Origin: Lama guanicoe
Lineage: Eukaryota
NCBI GenBank assembly: GCA_013239625.1
Contig: MU056050.1
Coordinates: 3,086,084-3,150,083 of the forward strand
Length of the DNA stretch: 64,000 nucleotides
Direction: 5' to 3'
The notes under the pieces are model-generated. The model was not told the DNA's origin. It ran no database searches and saw nothing but the letters and a program-made list of their open reading frames with translations. A program made the position numbers and the translations under genes. Shown here piece after piece: positions 1-13,160 of the stretch. How positions within the stretch are numbered: the stretch's first letter is position 1; the number at the start of each line of letters is the position of its first letter.

Positions 1-2769
1 TTAGTTCCTTCAGCTACAAAATGAGGAAACTTACTACCTATGCTGCTTGTACCTTATGGACGTTATGAAAGTGATGGAAACCTCTGTGCTAGGTTACTGG
101 GAATGTGGAAGTCCAAGTCCAAATCAAGTTCTTTACAGCAGATGTGAAAATCGATTCAGAATTTCTGTGAGCTCCACCTTATTAAGTTTCGAGGTGAAAA
201 TGTCCTTACTCTTTAACGAAGGACTAATCTCTGTCCTTCCTATGCCTCTTCTCCTTCTTTCAAATGACTCAGAAGAATATATAGAGAGCAAATCTTTGGG
301 ACAGTCCTGAAGGTATTTCGTATCATCAAAGCCTAATATGCAATCCACATTCTAATAACGACCCCGGCTTATGGCCATAATGATGAAATAAAGAAAATAG
401 ATATGTAAGTATTTGGGGGAAAAAATGAAAACCACCAGATAAATGCAGGATGTTTTTATCACAGGAATAAAAGTCTCCTTCAGTTTATTTGGGGGAGGTG
501 TATGGACTGCTCTGCAATCTCTCTAAGTATCTGATTTTGCACAGGATTGGGATCACTTGTTCTGATTCTTCCCCAGGTCCCGGCCACTGATTTTGCGCAA
601 TTGAATTCTGGCTTCCTTTGCACTCTCAGCCATGTCCACTACAGAGCCTTTCTACCTCCTCCTCCCCTGTCAGAGGCAGGTCAGACTGAGGAGGTGGGCA
701 CCCAGGGGGTCACTTGCCCCTTAGGAGCTCACCTCCAGGGTCAAGTACACCTTTTAGCTGTACCCTTTTCTAGGTCTATTTTCATTTCATGTAGATAAAC
801 ACGAATTGAGAAAAACACCAAATAGCAAATGAATTTGGAATTCAGAATAAGAGTCTGGGTCAATGATAGGCATGCATCTAATAGTACAGCACAAAATTTT
901 CCTGTTTTCTTTTGATGCACCTATTGGTCTATCCAAATGCATTCCATATTATGAACTGTACTTTAACCATGTACATAAGTGTGCATCCTTGCATTCATGT
1001 TTACTTAATTATATTTTCTTGCCTCACAATTGCCACCTTATTTTAATATACGTCCCTGGTTGGAAAAACACTTTTAAAGCTTTAATGTCCTTGAACAGTC
1101 AGTAGAGTTAGCTCAGATTTACAGAGAAGCAGCTGCAGATTTACCTCTTAGTTCAAACTTGTCAAATTGTCACATTGCACTGGATTTTTGCATTGCTGCC
1201 TGCTAATGATGGCATAACAGGTGTGGTTTTTATTGTCTTAGAACAAAACGTAAAAGATGTATTTTGAAAACATTTGATATTCAATGTGCTTTGAATCACC
1301 TCACTGTATACACACAATCTTATGGCTATTAAATGAATTCTCTTTTATAAAGATAAGGAATTTTTGAATCTGAGAATATTTGGGGGTTCAATTTCCATTT
1401 TCACTTGAGACAAAAAAAGCTTAGGGGGTGACAAACCATCTCTGAGTAGGATGTATTGCTAGGAAATCATGATAATAGTAAGATTTTTTTCCACTTTATA
1501 TCTACCTCCTGAAGATATTTCTATGGATTCAGTCTTACACATTTAATTTGACTTGGAATTCTCTTAAGGATGTTTTTGGGTTGTATATCTAGTGCCACCA
1601 ATGAACTTCACTTACTGATTTACTAAATCAAGAGTTAATGTTTTGACCTCATTGTAGTGTTAATGACGTAGCTACTATGTTCCAAGCAGGAATTTGTTTT
1701 AATAAATCAGTCAAATCAGAGTCACCTTAAGGTTTATCCTTTATTTCTACTGAGTAGGGAAATAATTACTTTAAAGTAAATTTGATCAGAGGTTGTCATA
1801 CTTTGAATAGCAAGTTAAAGATAATTAAGCCTACATAGGAATTAGTCAGAAGCCTTTTGTCCCCTAAAAAGCACTATAAAACTTCCTATCGTGTTTCAGT
1901 GAGTAGCTGTCTATATTTGGGCTTTTCTTTAAGTCCAGGGAACTTGTAGCATTATAATATATTAATATTGTTTGCTAACTAACAGCAAACTTTTTTTCCT
2001 GAGAACTCAGTTACTGTTCCGAACATATTCAGGTGAGTGTCCTGAACCAGACAGGGAAAAGATTGTAGATCCTAGGTTCCTAATCTGGGTGCATTGATTA
2101 TCTTTTTTCTACTGAAGATGCAAAATTTTAGTTACTTTATATATGAGCAGATTTTTCTCTTCAGTGGCATGACGAATGACTACATGGTTGTACGTGTAGC
2201 ATGTGCATTAGATTTTGAACAAAGTTTCTTTATCTGTAGGAAAAATACAGTGTACACACTAATCATTTCAAATGGCCTAGTCAATACCTAGAGACTGCAG
2301 GAAAGTGATGTGTTATATGTGATAGACATGTAGAATCAGATGAAAACATTTTCATTATTGGCACTTTCAGTAAAGGGGAAAACAAATAATGTTTTTTAAG
2401 CATATGATACTTGTAAAATCAAGGAAAGTTTTCCTAGCAACAATAATCACATGAGCCTTTTACAACTTCCTCCTGTAATTATCTGTTTTATTAGTAGATG
2501 CATATCACCATCCATTAGGGAACACTTAAAAACAGAACAAGATATTGTTATATACACACGTTTGTGTGTGTGTGCATGTATATCTCTATAAATAGAGGCA
2601 GATTCTCAAACAACATGGTTTACATATCAAAGTGTGGGTTTCCTCATAACAAAAACAAAACAATTTAAAATTAATATTTTCTCACCATAAACAATATGGA
2701 GTTAAGAGAATTTATGGACTGTATCCATGAGCCATTCATAATCAGTGTCAACAGCTCAATATACGGGAT

Positions 2770-2890
2770 CAAGAATCATAGATCTCAGTGCTGAAAGGGG
2801 CCTCAAGGGCCACCTGGCTAATCTTCTACCATTTCAAAAATGAGGCAGCTGAGACTCAAAGAAGTTCAATGAGTTACTCAAGGAAACTGT
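2770..2890 (-). mobile_element. MIR-family SINE fragment
   Basis: Core-like text catttcaaaaatgaggcagctgagactcaaagaagttcaatgagttactcaagg. Confidence 0.6.
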
Positions 2891-4339
2891 GCCGTGAATA
2901 CACACACACATGCACACACACACTGTTGTCTTTCTGATGGACAAGATGACCACACGTCATAGGATAGCCTGAAAACAAATCTCCTTGTAACAGAGCCTTA
3001 TGGGATCTTCAGGAACTAACCCTGCTTGGATGGGGTACATGACGATAGTACCTCAGGTGATTTCTGTTATATAGCAAGTATATATATTTATGTCTGAGGT
3101 TCAGCAATACCTAAGGGCCTAATATTCCATCTCTCTAGCTGATTAATCCAGTTCTAAGATCCAGTATAACAAGAGTGGATCACGGCAGAGAAGGGCGGAA
3201 GCTGTCCTCTCTTTGTGAATGCTTACGTTCTGTGAATTTCACGGTCAGTTATCTGAAACTAACAATAGACGGAGTGGCTGAGAGAAGTTTCACCCAGAAG
3301 AGAGGAGTACAAAGCTCTAAATTCTTTTATGCTCCCCCTCAAAGACTACTTGACCAGGAAAAGCCAGATTTTACAAAAGAAATGTAGTAGCTGCCTTTTA
3401 CAACGCTGATATTAGAGGCCAGGGCCAGTTTCCTTAGTATAGGCTAAATGTATTAGTGAGATTTCATGGCAAGAAGTTACATTTTAAGGAGCAAGATTTG
3501 ACCTGCAGTATATCCAAATCTAAAGTATGTTGTAACAAACTTCCATTGTATTCCTCTTGAGGTATTTTTAAAGACTAATGAGTTAACCTTTGTGAAGTAC
3601 CGTGAGACTTTCAGGTTAAAGAAGCCTATATCAAGTATCAATTCAGTGCTGCTAACAATACTCAATGTACCTGGAAAACAGACTGAAAATAATCAGTAAA
3701 CCATTCACTGCAGTCCCCTTGGTGTCAGAGCAGCACGGTTAACATGCTAACAGCTAAGCTTCATGTGCTTAGAGGAAGAAAATGATCAATGGCAAAGAGC
3801 ATATCCACCTGTGAAATGACATGATCCATTATAAGAATCAGATGTTAAATTGCTTCCTGTACTGAGCACACTCAATTAAAAGTCTGCACAGTGAGATCAT
3901 CTTGATGGTTAAATATGCTCTGTGGGAACAACCTTTATGGAGCTTAAAAATCACAGAAGGACTATTCCTACCCTGACACCGGAGATTTGGAACGCATTTC
4001 CTTCCCCTTTTTTTCAAGTTGGTAGTTTTATTAGGAAGCCTTTTGCCTGAGAGGCTGCTGAGTTTTGGGTCATACCTATTTATCCTTTTGCTTCTTTGAG
4101 CAAGAGATGCCTCCAGTGTTCTTTTTCTATTGGGTCTGGAGTGGATGAATGTGGCTTGAGCCCATATTCTAATTTAGTCCACATTTAGTCCACACTGTAT
4201 CTGGACAAAAACGTGTCATCCATGCACTTGATATTTGATGCCCTTCATCTCCTAGAGCTTCCCCTTTTCAGGAAATTAATCTATTCACCTGAGTCTCTGC
4301 TCCTTGTCTAACTCTTCCCTCGGTGGGGGTGAGAGTGGA

Positions 4340-6460
4340 GGGCTGAAAAGAATGCTAGATGTGGAATGAAGTCAACAGATCTGGTTTCTACTTACAGTTT
4401 TGCAACTAGCCAGATCTATGGCTCTGGACAAGTTATTTAACCTCTCTGGTCCTCAATTTCTTCATGTTTCAAAACCTTACACACTTCTTGTTCATAGCGT
4501 ACTGTCTAGCTCTCCCAGGCAGACTGGAAGCTCCACTAGTGCAGGAATCTTCGTATTCCTCACTGATGTAGCCTGAGAGCCCAGCACATGGCACATAGTA
4601 AGTGCTCAAGGAAAATATGTTTAAGAGATGAATACTTCAAATCTCCATTAGCAGTGTTGCCAGGCACTCAGTCAGCCAATGTAGAAATCATAGAGTTCCC
4701 GTGTCCCCTACATACATAGCAACCAAGTCTTTATTTCCTAACCCCTCTGATGTCTGTCCTTTGTCTCTCATCCACAATTGCCTTTATATCAAGTTTTCAA
4801 CTTTTTTTTTTGTTTTACTATATCCTGCAAGCCATTCTGGAGTGATCTGTCTAAAATGCAAACATGGTCATGATACGAACCTCTTTACACCCCTCCAATG
4901 GCTCTTGCATTGTCCTCCGGATCACGTCCAAGCTCCTAAGTATGACATGCAAAGCCCTTCATGACCTATGAAGTCTTCTGTGACCACTTCCTAGACCTTC
5001 AGGCAATGTTAAATCCACCTTGCACACTGCGTCTTTCTCTCTCTTGTAGCACTTAGTGACATATATGGATGATGCTCTCATTTCTCTCATTATTTGATTT
5101 GTTTTGGTGAGGAAGCATGGTTTCAGGTGAGGGAGGCGTGGGGTAGGGTTTAGGGTGCTTCATCTGGACGACAGGAAAGGAGGCCGGGTGGAGAGGCATG
5201 TTCAGAATTAGCCTTTGCCTCCCCTTCTAAGTGATCTTCTCTGCTGACAGGACCAGTGCATGTTTTTGTGTATTAGGTGGTGGGGGAGTGCTGGGCAAAG
5301 AGAAACTCTCAGTACATTGAACTTAATGTTGAGTCATTTGAAATACAAAAATTTGAATTTGTGCAACTGGTGAGTAGTATATTATCAGGAATTTTACCCA
5401 ATTCTGAGGCTTCAGGAAGGAGATATAAGGGACCGAGGGAGAAATTGTTTGATATAGAGCCTCTAATCAATCAATAAGTGTTTTTAAAGTTATATCTGAA
5501 GGGGTAAGTTTTGGACTTGATGTTAAGAACCCTATCATGGTAGAGATATTAAAATGTCAGTGTTCTCTAGGGGTTCTGACTTTCTTTCTCACCTCTGCAC
5601 TCTTCTTGGGCAATAACATGTATTCCTATGGTCTGAACTATGTCCCAAATATTTGTCTCTGGTTCAGGACTCTTCTGTAAGTTCCATCCTTGACCATCAG
5701 TCCCTCATTGGACAGATTCACCTGCAGACACCGCAACTCAGTGCATCCACCACTGAGCTCACCATGTCCTGTCCCTCTGCCCCAAACCTGCTTTTCCACC
5801 TACAATTTTTCTCTCTCAGCTTCCTTTGACCCAGCACCCAAAGTCGTTTTCCCTGATTCCTCTTGTCTCCTCTGCCCTGGTGACTCCTTTCTGGTCTCTG
5901 TCTGCTTCACCATTCTCACAATGACGCTTTCAGGGCAGGCCCTCCCCATCCTCTCACGCCTGGACTGCCCCTGTAATCACACTGCACTTACGTCACTACA
6001 GCATCCATCTCTGATGGTCCTCTCAGTTGCTGTCAGAGGTGTCTACCTAAAATGCACTTTGTTATAAACCACTCAGCGGCTTCTTATTGTGTCAAGAGGA
6101 AATGCAAATTCCTCCACCTGGTGTGTAAATAAAATTCTCTGTGTTCTGGTCCCTTCCCATCTCTCCAACCCAATGACTTGAAAGTCCCCCAATATGCCAT
6201 TTGGATTCATATCTCTATTTCTTCGTTTAAGTTATTCTTTCTGCCTGGAATGTTCTTTCCTCTCTCGTCCACCTGATAAACATGTAATCATCTTAGTAGT
6301 GTTCATTCAAGTGTTAAAACTTCTGCACAGTCTCCCTGACTACAGAATCTCTTCTCGTGGAAATTACCCACTGCTCCCTCTTTGTCTTCTGTGGCACGTG
6401 GCCCTGGACACAGTCCATCAGTGATACCTTGCTATACACGGTGAATTAGGTGAGGGGCTC
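4340..6460 (+). mobile_element. Cluster of ancient MIR and L2 fragments
   Basis: MIR core ggacaagttatttaacctctctggtcctcaatttc (~4425-4460); L2 3' end agactggaagctcc...ggcacatagtaagtgctcaa (~4520-4610); pyrimidine-rich L2 body ~5540-6460. Boundaries approximate. Confidence 0.6.
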
Positions 6461-6477
6461 CCAGAGGACAGTAAGTG

Positions 6478-6738
6478 TCCAATGGTTCAATGCATGGAGT
6501 GTGAAGTCAGAATATCTTAGCTCAAATTCTGACTCTGATACTTATAATATTAGTGACTTTGGGCAAATTATTTAACCTCTCTGTGCCTCAGTTTCCTTGT
6601 GTGTAAAGTGGGCATCATGATAGTACTTATCTCATAGGGTTGTTATGAAGATTAAGTGACCATATGTACAATACTTAAGAGTAGTGCTTAATATATCAAA
6701 ATTGCTATGTAAGTGTATGCTTAATAATAATAATAACA
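6478..6738 (+). mobile_element. Near full-length MIR SINE
   Basis: gtgactttgggcaaattatttaacctctctgtgcctcagtttccttgtgtgtaaagtggg...ctcatagggttgttatgaagattaa, ending in an (aat)n tail. Confidence 0.85.
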
Positions 6739-6899
6739 ATGCTAGTATTTCAAACTTGAAGCTCTAGGCCATGACACTGTATCTGACACATGGAAGGAGG
6801 GAAAGTACTTAATAACATTTAGTGAATAAATTAATAAGCAGGTTAGAGCTATACTGTACAGTCCCACGATACCCAGTTACTTCCCTTTTGTAACCCTCC

Positions 6900-7050
6900 T
6901 CTAACTTGTTCCGCGTGTGTCCTCCACTAGATTATAAGCCCCTTGTGTGCAAGGACCACGTCTGTCTTGTTCATCACTACAACCCCATCACCAAGCACCA
7001 TGCCAAGCACATGGCAGGCACACCTGTATTTGCTAAGTATAAATGAATGA
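6900..7050 (+). mobile_element. L2 3' end
   Basis: ccactagattataagcccc...gtctgtcttgttcatcact...aaatgaatga. Confidence 0.75.
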
Positions 7051-8352
7051 CTTTTAAGATTTGCATTTTAGTTATTATTACATTGTCTTTAGCATTTTAA
7101 TCATTTTCTGAAATTGTGAAATGTAATCCTTTCTCCTATATGATTTCTACGTGAGGCAACAAAATTTTGTGTGGTGAAGTATTATGCTAGAATTAATTCT
7201 CTTAACAGAGGGAGTCTCCTATTTCTTTAAAGCACAAGATTGCAGACTTTTTGGTTCATAAACGAATTCAGATGCTCACAGAGCACCTGTCCTTCCTGCT
7301 TATCACAAGCTATTTTTCACCCTGAACAAAATTCATCAGCAGAGGCTTTGTAGGAATTATTATTTATTAATTCTACTCATTTAGTGAGTACGTGGTCTGA
7401 GGATAAGAAAAAAAGTATAAGGAATAATCCCTTGATCCTTATTTTTGGTTTAGGTGGAAAAACAAGTCATGTACACAAATACCTATGTCACGATGCCTTT
7501 TTGACTCCCTAGCAATGTATACGGTAGGATTTCAGAGGCTCCTGTTGATGTGATCAGGAAAAGTTTTATAGAATGGTTAAAACTGTAGTTGTCCTTGGTG
7601 GCTGAGCTGGATTTTCATAGGTGGAAAGGTAATAGTGAAAAAAAAAAAGAAGTAGTAGCAGTCTACGCTGAGTTAAAGGACCTAGAGAAAAGTAGGGGTG
7701 AGGAGAGCATACAGATTACTTTAGCAGAAGGGGACATTTATCTATGCAGGATGCAGAAGTAGAAGATGAGCTGGAGATAGAGATTCAGAATAGTTTGCGG
7801 TGGGCTTTTGATAACAGCCTAGGATATCTGAAGGTTATCTATAGACAATGGAGAACTGTGGATGATGTGAGGTCAAAGAATAGGAAAAGGAAAGCAAAGC
7901 TGTGGGAACAGTAATTGGGCAGGAATATGGCAACATATAAACAGAGTAAAGTGCCTGGGCTAAGTTGAGTTTTGAAGTGATGGGACAGCCAGTGGAAATA
8001 TATTGCAGATGGTTGGAAACAAAGGATTACTTAAGTTTGGGGGAGACATATATTTGAAATAATCTGTGTAGAACTGATAATAAAAGACTTGAGAATGGAT
8101 GAAATAACTACAGGAGAATACAGAATGAGGACAGAGGTTCAACTACAGAACTATGACAATGAAAAATATGATTAAAAACCCAGTAGTATGTTGTATATGA
8201 AAACCCAGTAGAACACTGGCCTAGGAAATACGTGGAAGCCCCTTACGTTAAACCCACGAAGGCACACAGATCAGACTTTAAGAAATACTACCTTAAGGCA
8301 AAGACCAGTAAGAAATGGGGACTGAAGGAAGAAGAAGAAAACTCTGATGTAC

Positions 8353-8553
8353 CTGTTGAGCAGTCAGATCCTGTCCACTTGGGATCGCAGCTGCACGTTC
8401 CAGTGTCCAGAAGAAAAGTCCCGTGTCCTGAGCACTGCTCTTGACATATAGGAAGTGGAGTTTCACAGTTGACTCCTCCCCAACCAGTAGAGCAGTGGCA
8501 TTCTCCTTTAACACAGATGCCATGGCTGGAACACATTGGGTCCAAGCAGTCCT
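8353..8553 (-). CDS. TENM1: TENM1 coding exon, 201 nt, EGF repeats 4-5: (E)[66 protein letters not shown]
   Basis: Acceptor ggccttcag|AG; donor ACAG|gtacat; overlaps ORF 8288..8545. Confidence 0.97.
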
Positions 8554-9814
8554 CTGAAGGCCCAGAAAAAAGGGAAAAGAGGGTGAAAAGTGAACAGGTG
8601 TGGCCAGTACACCTTAGGATAATGAAACTGAGGTACTCACATTGATTTCCTAATATTGTATCATTTATGCTATTTTAATTAGGCAATAAAATAACTCATG
8701 TAAATGCTGTGTTTCAGCCAGAAGATTATTAACACTTAAAAATATGGTAGGCTATCATAAAGCTTGCAACCTAAATTTAGAAGAAACAAACCACACATTT
8801 GTTGTGTGAAACTGTGAGCAGTGTGTAGTACTCCCACACAAATAGGTGGGTGGACCAGTGTGGGCCTTCAGTAGGAATTCCTCGGCTTTGCAAAAATGAT
8901 TGAGAATTTTTGGCAAGTCACTCCTTGCCTTTTCTGAAACTGGAATCATAGCTCTCAGAAATGGCTTTTATTTGATGTGTCTAAAGGAGTCTTCATATAT
9001 ATTTAAGTTTGGATTATTCAAGGTATTGGGTGAGGTGACTGCTGTTGCATGAAATCATACAATATAATCAATTTCTTATAATCTCTCATTTATTTCTAAG
9101 AAGCAATGAAAATGCAACACTTTAAACATAATTTAAAAATTCTTTCCTTCGTGGCTTCTCCCTCTACCAGGACACTGTGGCATAGTTTTCAATTCTTTAG
9201 AATGTCATGGACTCAATTATTTTTGTCTCTGATTCTGTGAAGTCTGGAAATTTTTGGACACATTCTGACAAACACTCTATTTTAGAAGTAGTTTCCTGTG
9301 TTAAACTGAGTGACCATTCCATGGAAAATAGGAAAGCTGATTTTCAAATTTCTGCTCTTCTTATAGAAATGAGACTCAGATAACTTAAGCACGATGAGGA
9401 ATTATGCTTTGAATGACTTTCTCAGCTATAGACATGGACTAATACAACCTGCAATCATTTGCAAGACTGGCTTCGTTTTAGGGTGTAGCATATGGCCATT
9501 GAACAGAGTAACTCTAACCAAGCATTATTATAATTACTGTTATTGCCATTATAGTTAGCCCATGATCTCAGGGTCATCAACACAACGCGTTAATACCTGA
9601 GCTAATCAGCAAATAAACACAAGAAAGTACATCTAAATTTGATTCGTTCGTTATTTGGAGGGAGAGGAAAAGGCTAAAATGTAGAATATTGTTTTGGAAG
9701 GAGGTCATTTTGTTATATCAAAATACAAGTTTTAATAAACAAAGTAGTATTTAGCGTAATGTAGTCTATTTTTTGAAAAGGCCACCTTCAATGAATAGGT
9801 AAGTATACTTAAGT

Positions 9815-10164
9815 CAGAGGCACAAAGTCATATGGCGGAAGGGGCTAGGTGGGTAGCACACAGGAATGAGACGGGCTGGATGGAAGGACACAGGGTGTGC
9901 TGGGAAGAAGTATCCAGTTTAAAGGAAGCTGCTGCTACTTGGCTCCAAACGCTGCCACCACGTAGGAAAGGGGGCCCAGTTATCAGTTTTTCTAATTGTT
10001 CAAGAGAGGTTAGAAATAGACATTTTTATGTGACATTCTCTTTTAAATTTTGGCAAATAAGTCACATTAAACAACAACGAACACCACCACCACCACTTTG
10101 TGAACCAAACAGAACCCATCCATAGGTCCACTTCAGCCTGTGAGCTCCTGGTCTGTGATATCTG
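9815..10164 (+). mobile_element. MER102-like hAT-Charlie non-autonomous DNA transposon
   Basis: Starts cagaggcacaaa and ends gtgatatctg (degenerate TIRs). Internal caagagaggttagaaatagacatttttatgtgacattctc resembles MER102. Degenerate 8-bp flanks acttaagt / acttcaga. Confidence 0.7.
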
Positions 10165-11466
10165 ACTTCAGATATTTTTAAATTAAAAAATGGTATTTGA
10201 AAAGTTTATACCTTTAAACACAGTATTGCTTGCTATCTTGGTTATTCTACAAATTTTCTTAGTGGCTCCTAGAAGGCAAATTTAAGCTAAGTCCTTTTTC
10301 AACTACTTAAACAAAACTTAAATTAGAATGATCTAAATTAATTAGGTTAAACGTTTTTCAGGGAAAATTGTAGATATTGTAATAGATACCATTTTTTTTT
10401 AGGTAAATGTACGTGTGTCCATATAGCACCTGAATGTACAACTTAAATATAATGATTGCAGTTGGCTCACCATAAAAACAGTTTCCAAAAGTAACTCAGG
10501 AACTGTGGTGCCTTGTGTAGGCCCAATGCCATTCGCTGGAACAGATACAATCTTCACACCAAAATTCTACTATTGCTAATGGGAGTTGGAAAGCTAAACT
10601 CTTGCTTGCTCATGGAGCGGAATGAGATTAAACCCTTTAAAATGCTGTGTAATAGTCTTAATGAGCCATCTTTAAAAAGCAATTATAGTGCATTTTCAGC
10701 AGCCTCTTTCCTGAACAACAGTTGTGATGAGACCATCTCCCATGGTAATGGTTTAATATTATTTCTGAAATCAGTCTTATTTGAGGAATGTGGCATGAAA
10801 AAGGTCTGATTACTGGTAAACTTATTTTCCAATGTGTCTTCTTTAAATGATAAAACTATTGCCATTTCAAAGTATGTTTTGTAAATGATAAAACTATTGC
10901 ATGTATATAAGTAAAAGCACCTTTGGGATGAGTTTTAATATAAAGGCGCTGCCTTGAAACTCAGTTGTGGCAAGTCTGTTTCCTTAGGCACAAAGGTCAA
11001 GTTTTGACATGAGGTATGTAAACATAAATAATATAAAGCAATAATAGTAACAGTAATTACAAATCACTCCCAAAGAAAACATTCATGAAATGGTTCCAAA
11101 TGTGCATATATCATTATTATTATTATGTGCTTTAAAGTAAGACGTAGCCTAGTGCATTTTATAATAATGAAAGCATATAAATTAACACCTAAAATCATCA
11201 GTATGGAAATTCTCAAGTTATAAAACAGTGTTAAAACAAGGAGGGGAATGTCATTTTTCATTATTGCTTTGCAAGTGTCACAGATACAGCCTCATGTATT
11301 AACATTAGAGACTGTCAGAAGAGACGCGAGCTCCCCCACTCCATGTACTAAGTAGACACAGTGAACATTTATGGTTTTTGAAGACCCCTCACATCTCCAC
11401 TAGGAACAGAATGACAACCTGGACAATTCAGTGAGAAAAAAGCCTGGATTAACACAGGGCTCTGAC

Positions 11467-11661
11467 CTTCCTCGCATATTTCTCCTTTGTATCCTGGGAC
11501 ACAGATGCAGACTCCCATGATGCAGGTGCCATGGCCAAAGCATGTTGGGTCAATGCATTGCTCTTCTGGAACGTCGCACTCTGGCCCCTTCCAGCCATTC
11601 CGGCAGACACAGTGTCCTTTCTCATATTCCCCATTCCCACCACACAGCACAGGGCACGAAT
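11467..11661 (-). CDS. TENM1: TENM1 coding exon, 195 nt, EGF repeats 2-3: (D)[64 protein letters not shown]
   Basis: Acceptor aaccttcag|AT; donor GAAG|gtcaga; overlaps ORF 11369..11650. Confidence 0.97.
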
Positions 11662-12699
11662 CTGAAGGTTGACAAATAAGTTTGTAATGTTCTCATAATG
11701 CTTTTTAAATCTCCAAAGAGAAATTCTCTATCGATTCTTGTATAATATTTCTGGCAAAAAATTGTACTATTTCTCTCTTAGCCTTTATTAAATAGGCACG
11801 TGTTCATGATTACAAACAGAATTTTCCTCTTATGGGATTGAGGTAAAGATAAATTATAAAAATATTCTGAGTGGAGATATTATTTCAAGTATTTGCTTTT
11901 GATTCCACCACACTCTTAAACAACTATTATTACTATCATCATTATTATAAGCTAGGGTTTTTCTCTCCTATGGTTTTTCTTCCTCAAGCAGTTGTATGCT
12001 ACTTGCAGAAAGAAAAACTTGAAAATTTGGCAAACTAATTGGGAGTTATTCATATTCTAGAATGTTAGCTTTAAAAAGTTGTGCATTTAAAGAGACTTAT
12101 GCTGGACATATGTCCACTCCTTTCCCATATTGTGTAGACCTTTATTAGAACACTCACTCTGCTTTGTCACTGTTTGTCCCCTTATTAAAAATAAGGGCTT
12201 CCTGAGGGCAGGGCCTGTATTCTCTGTCTTAGTCATTTTTTTTTTTTTCAAAACCAGCCATCACCTCTACTCCTACCCCCACCTCTTCAAGATTGACCAT
12301 AGTACTGGGAACTAGCGAGTGCTGTAGATTTCTCTGTTGAATAGAATTTAATCTAAAGAAACTGAGTGGCTGAGAAATCTGAGATTAAAGTATTAGCAGA
12401 CTGAGAACTTTATGAACACAAACGAGCAGAAAGCATCTCTGAAGTAATAACTGTAAGCCTATGAGAAAACTCAGTGTGATTTACCTGCAGCTTTTTAAGA
12501 ATTAAACTATGGGCCAGTCTAGGACCCAATAAAGTTTGTTAAGTTTAACTTCTGCCTCTCCACTCTTTACTTTCTAGGCTACTCACCCATTTGGTGAGTG
12601 CCCACCCCTCCCAGTTTACACTGGTGTGTGTATGTTGTTACTGATTCTGCCCATTCTTAAAGTTCATCCATTATAAGTGAGTTTATGAAGGATATAGAA

Positions 12700-12920
12700 A
12701 TACCATGTACTGTTTGGGTCACACAATCCAGGTACAAATCCCAGCTGTTAGTTAACCTTGGTTAAGTTATTGCACCTCTCTGCGGTTATTTCTTTGCCCA
12801 TAAAAAACTAGGATAACAGATCTACATCGGAGGGCTATCATAGGATGTAGGCATTAAAATAAGTATTGCAAAGTGTTGAGAACAGTGCCTAGCAGAGCAA
12901 GGGCTCAACTTTTGGTAGTG
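12700..12920 (+). mobile_element. MIR SINE
   Basis: accttggttaagttattgcacctctctg...gcaaagtgttgagaacagtgcctagcagagcaagggctcaa. Confidence 0.7.
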
Positions 12921-13058
12921 CCAGTGGGGGGCGTTACTGCTACTGCTGCTGCTACTACAACCACTCCTGTCACTCCTCCTCCTCCTCCTACTGCTGCTAA
13001 TTCTGAGTTCTCAGGTGACATCTATTTCCCTAATCAATCTGTATAACAGCAACATTAC

Positions 13059-13160
13059 CTCTAGCACAGTCAGGCCCAAGGAATCCTGGGAAACAGTGAC
13101 AATGGCCAGAGATACACTCTCCATTTCCATTGCAATTGGTTGAACAGTCATCCATTATTT
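13059..13160 (-). CDS. TENM1: TENM1 coding exon, 102 nt, EGF repeat 1: (E)[33 protein letters not shown]
   Basis: Absent from the ORF track; translated by hand. Acceptor ccttttctctctattaacag|AA; donor AGAG|gtaatg; six-Cys EGF spacing; phase 1-1 fits the neighbouring exons. Confidence 0.96.

Noticed and set aside
12935..13000. (CTG/CTA/CTC)n mixed triplet tract near the EGF1 exon as a coding or expansion repeat
   Set aside because: Intronic, short, heavily interrupted, and located at the tail of a MIR.
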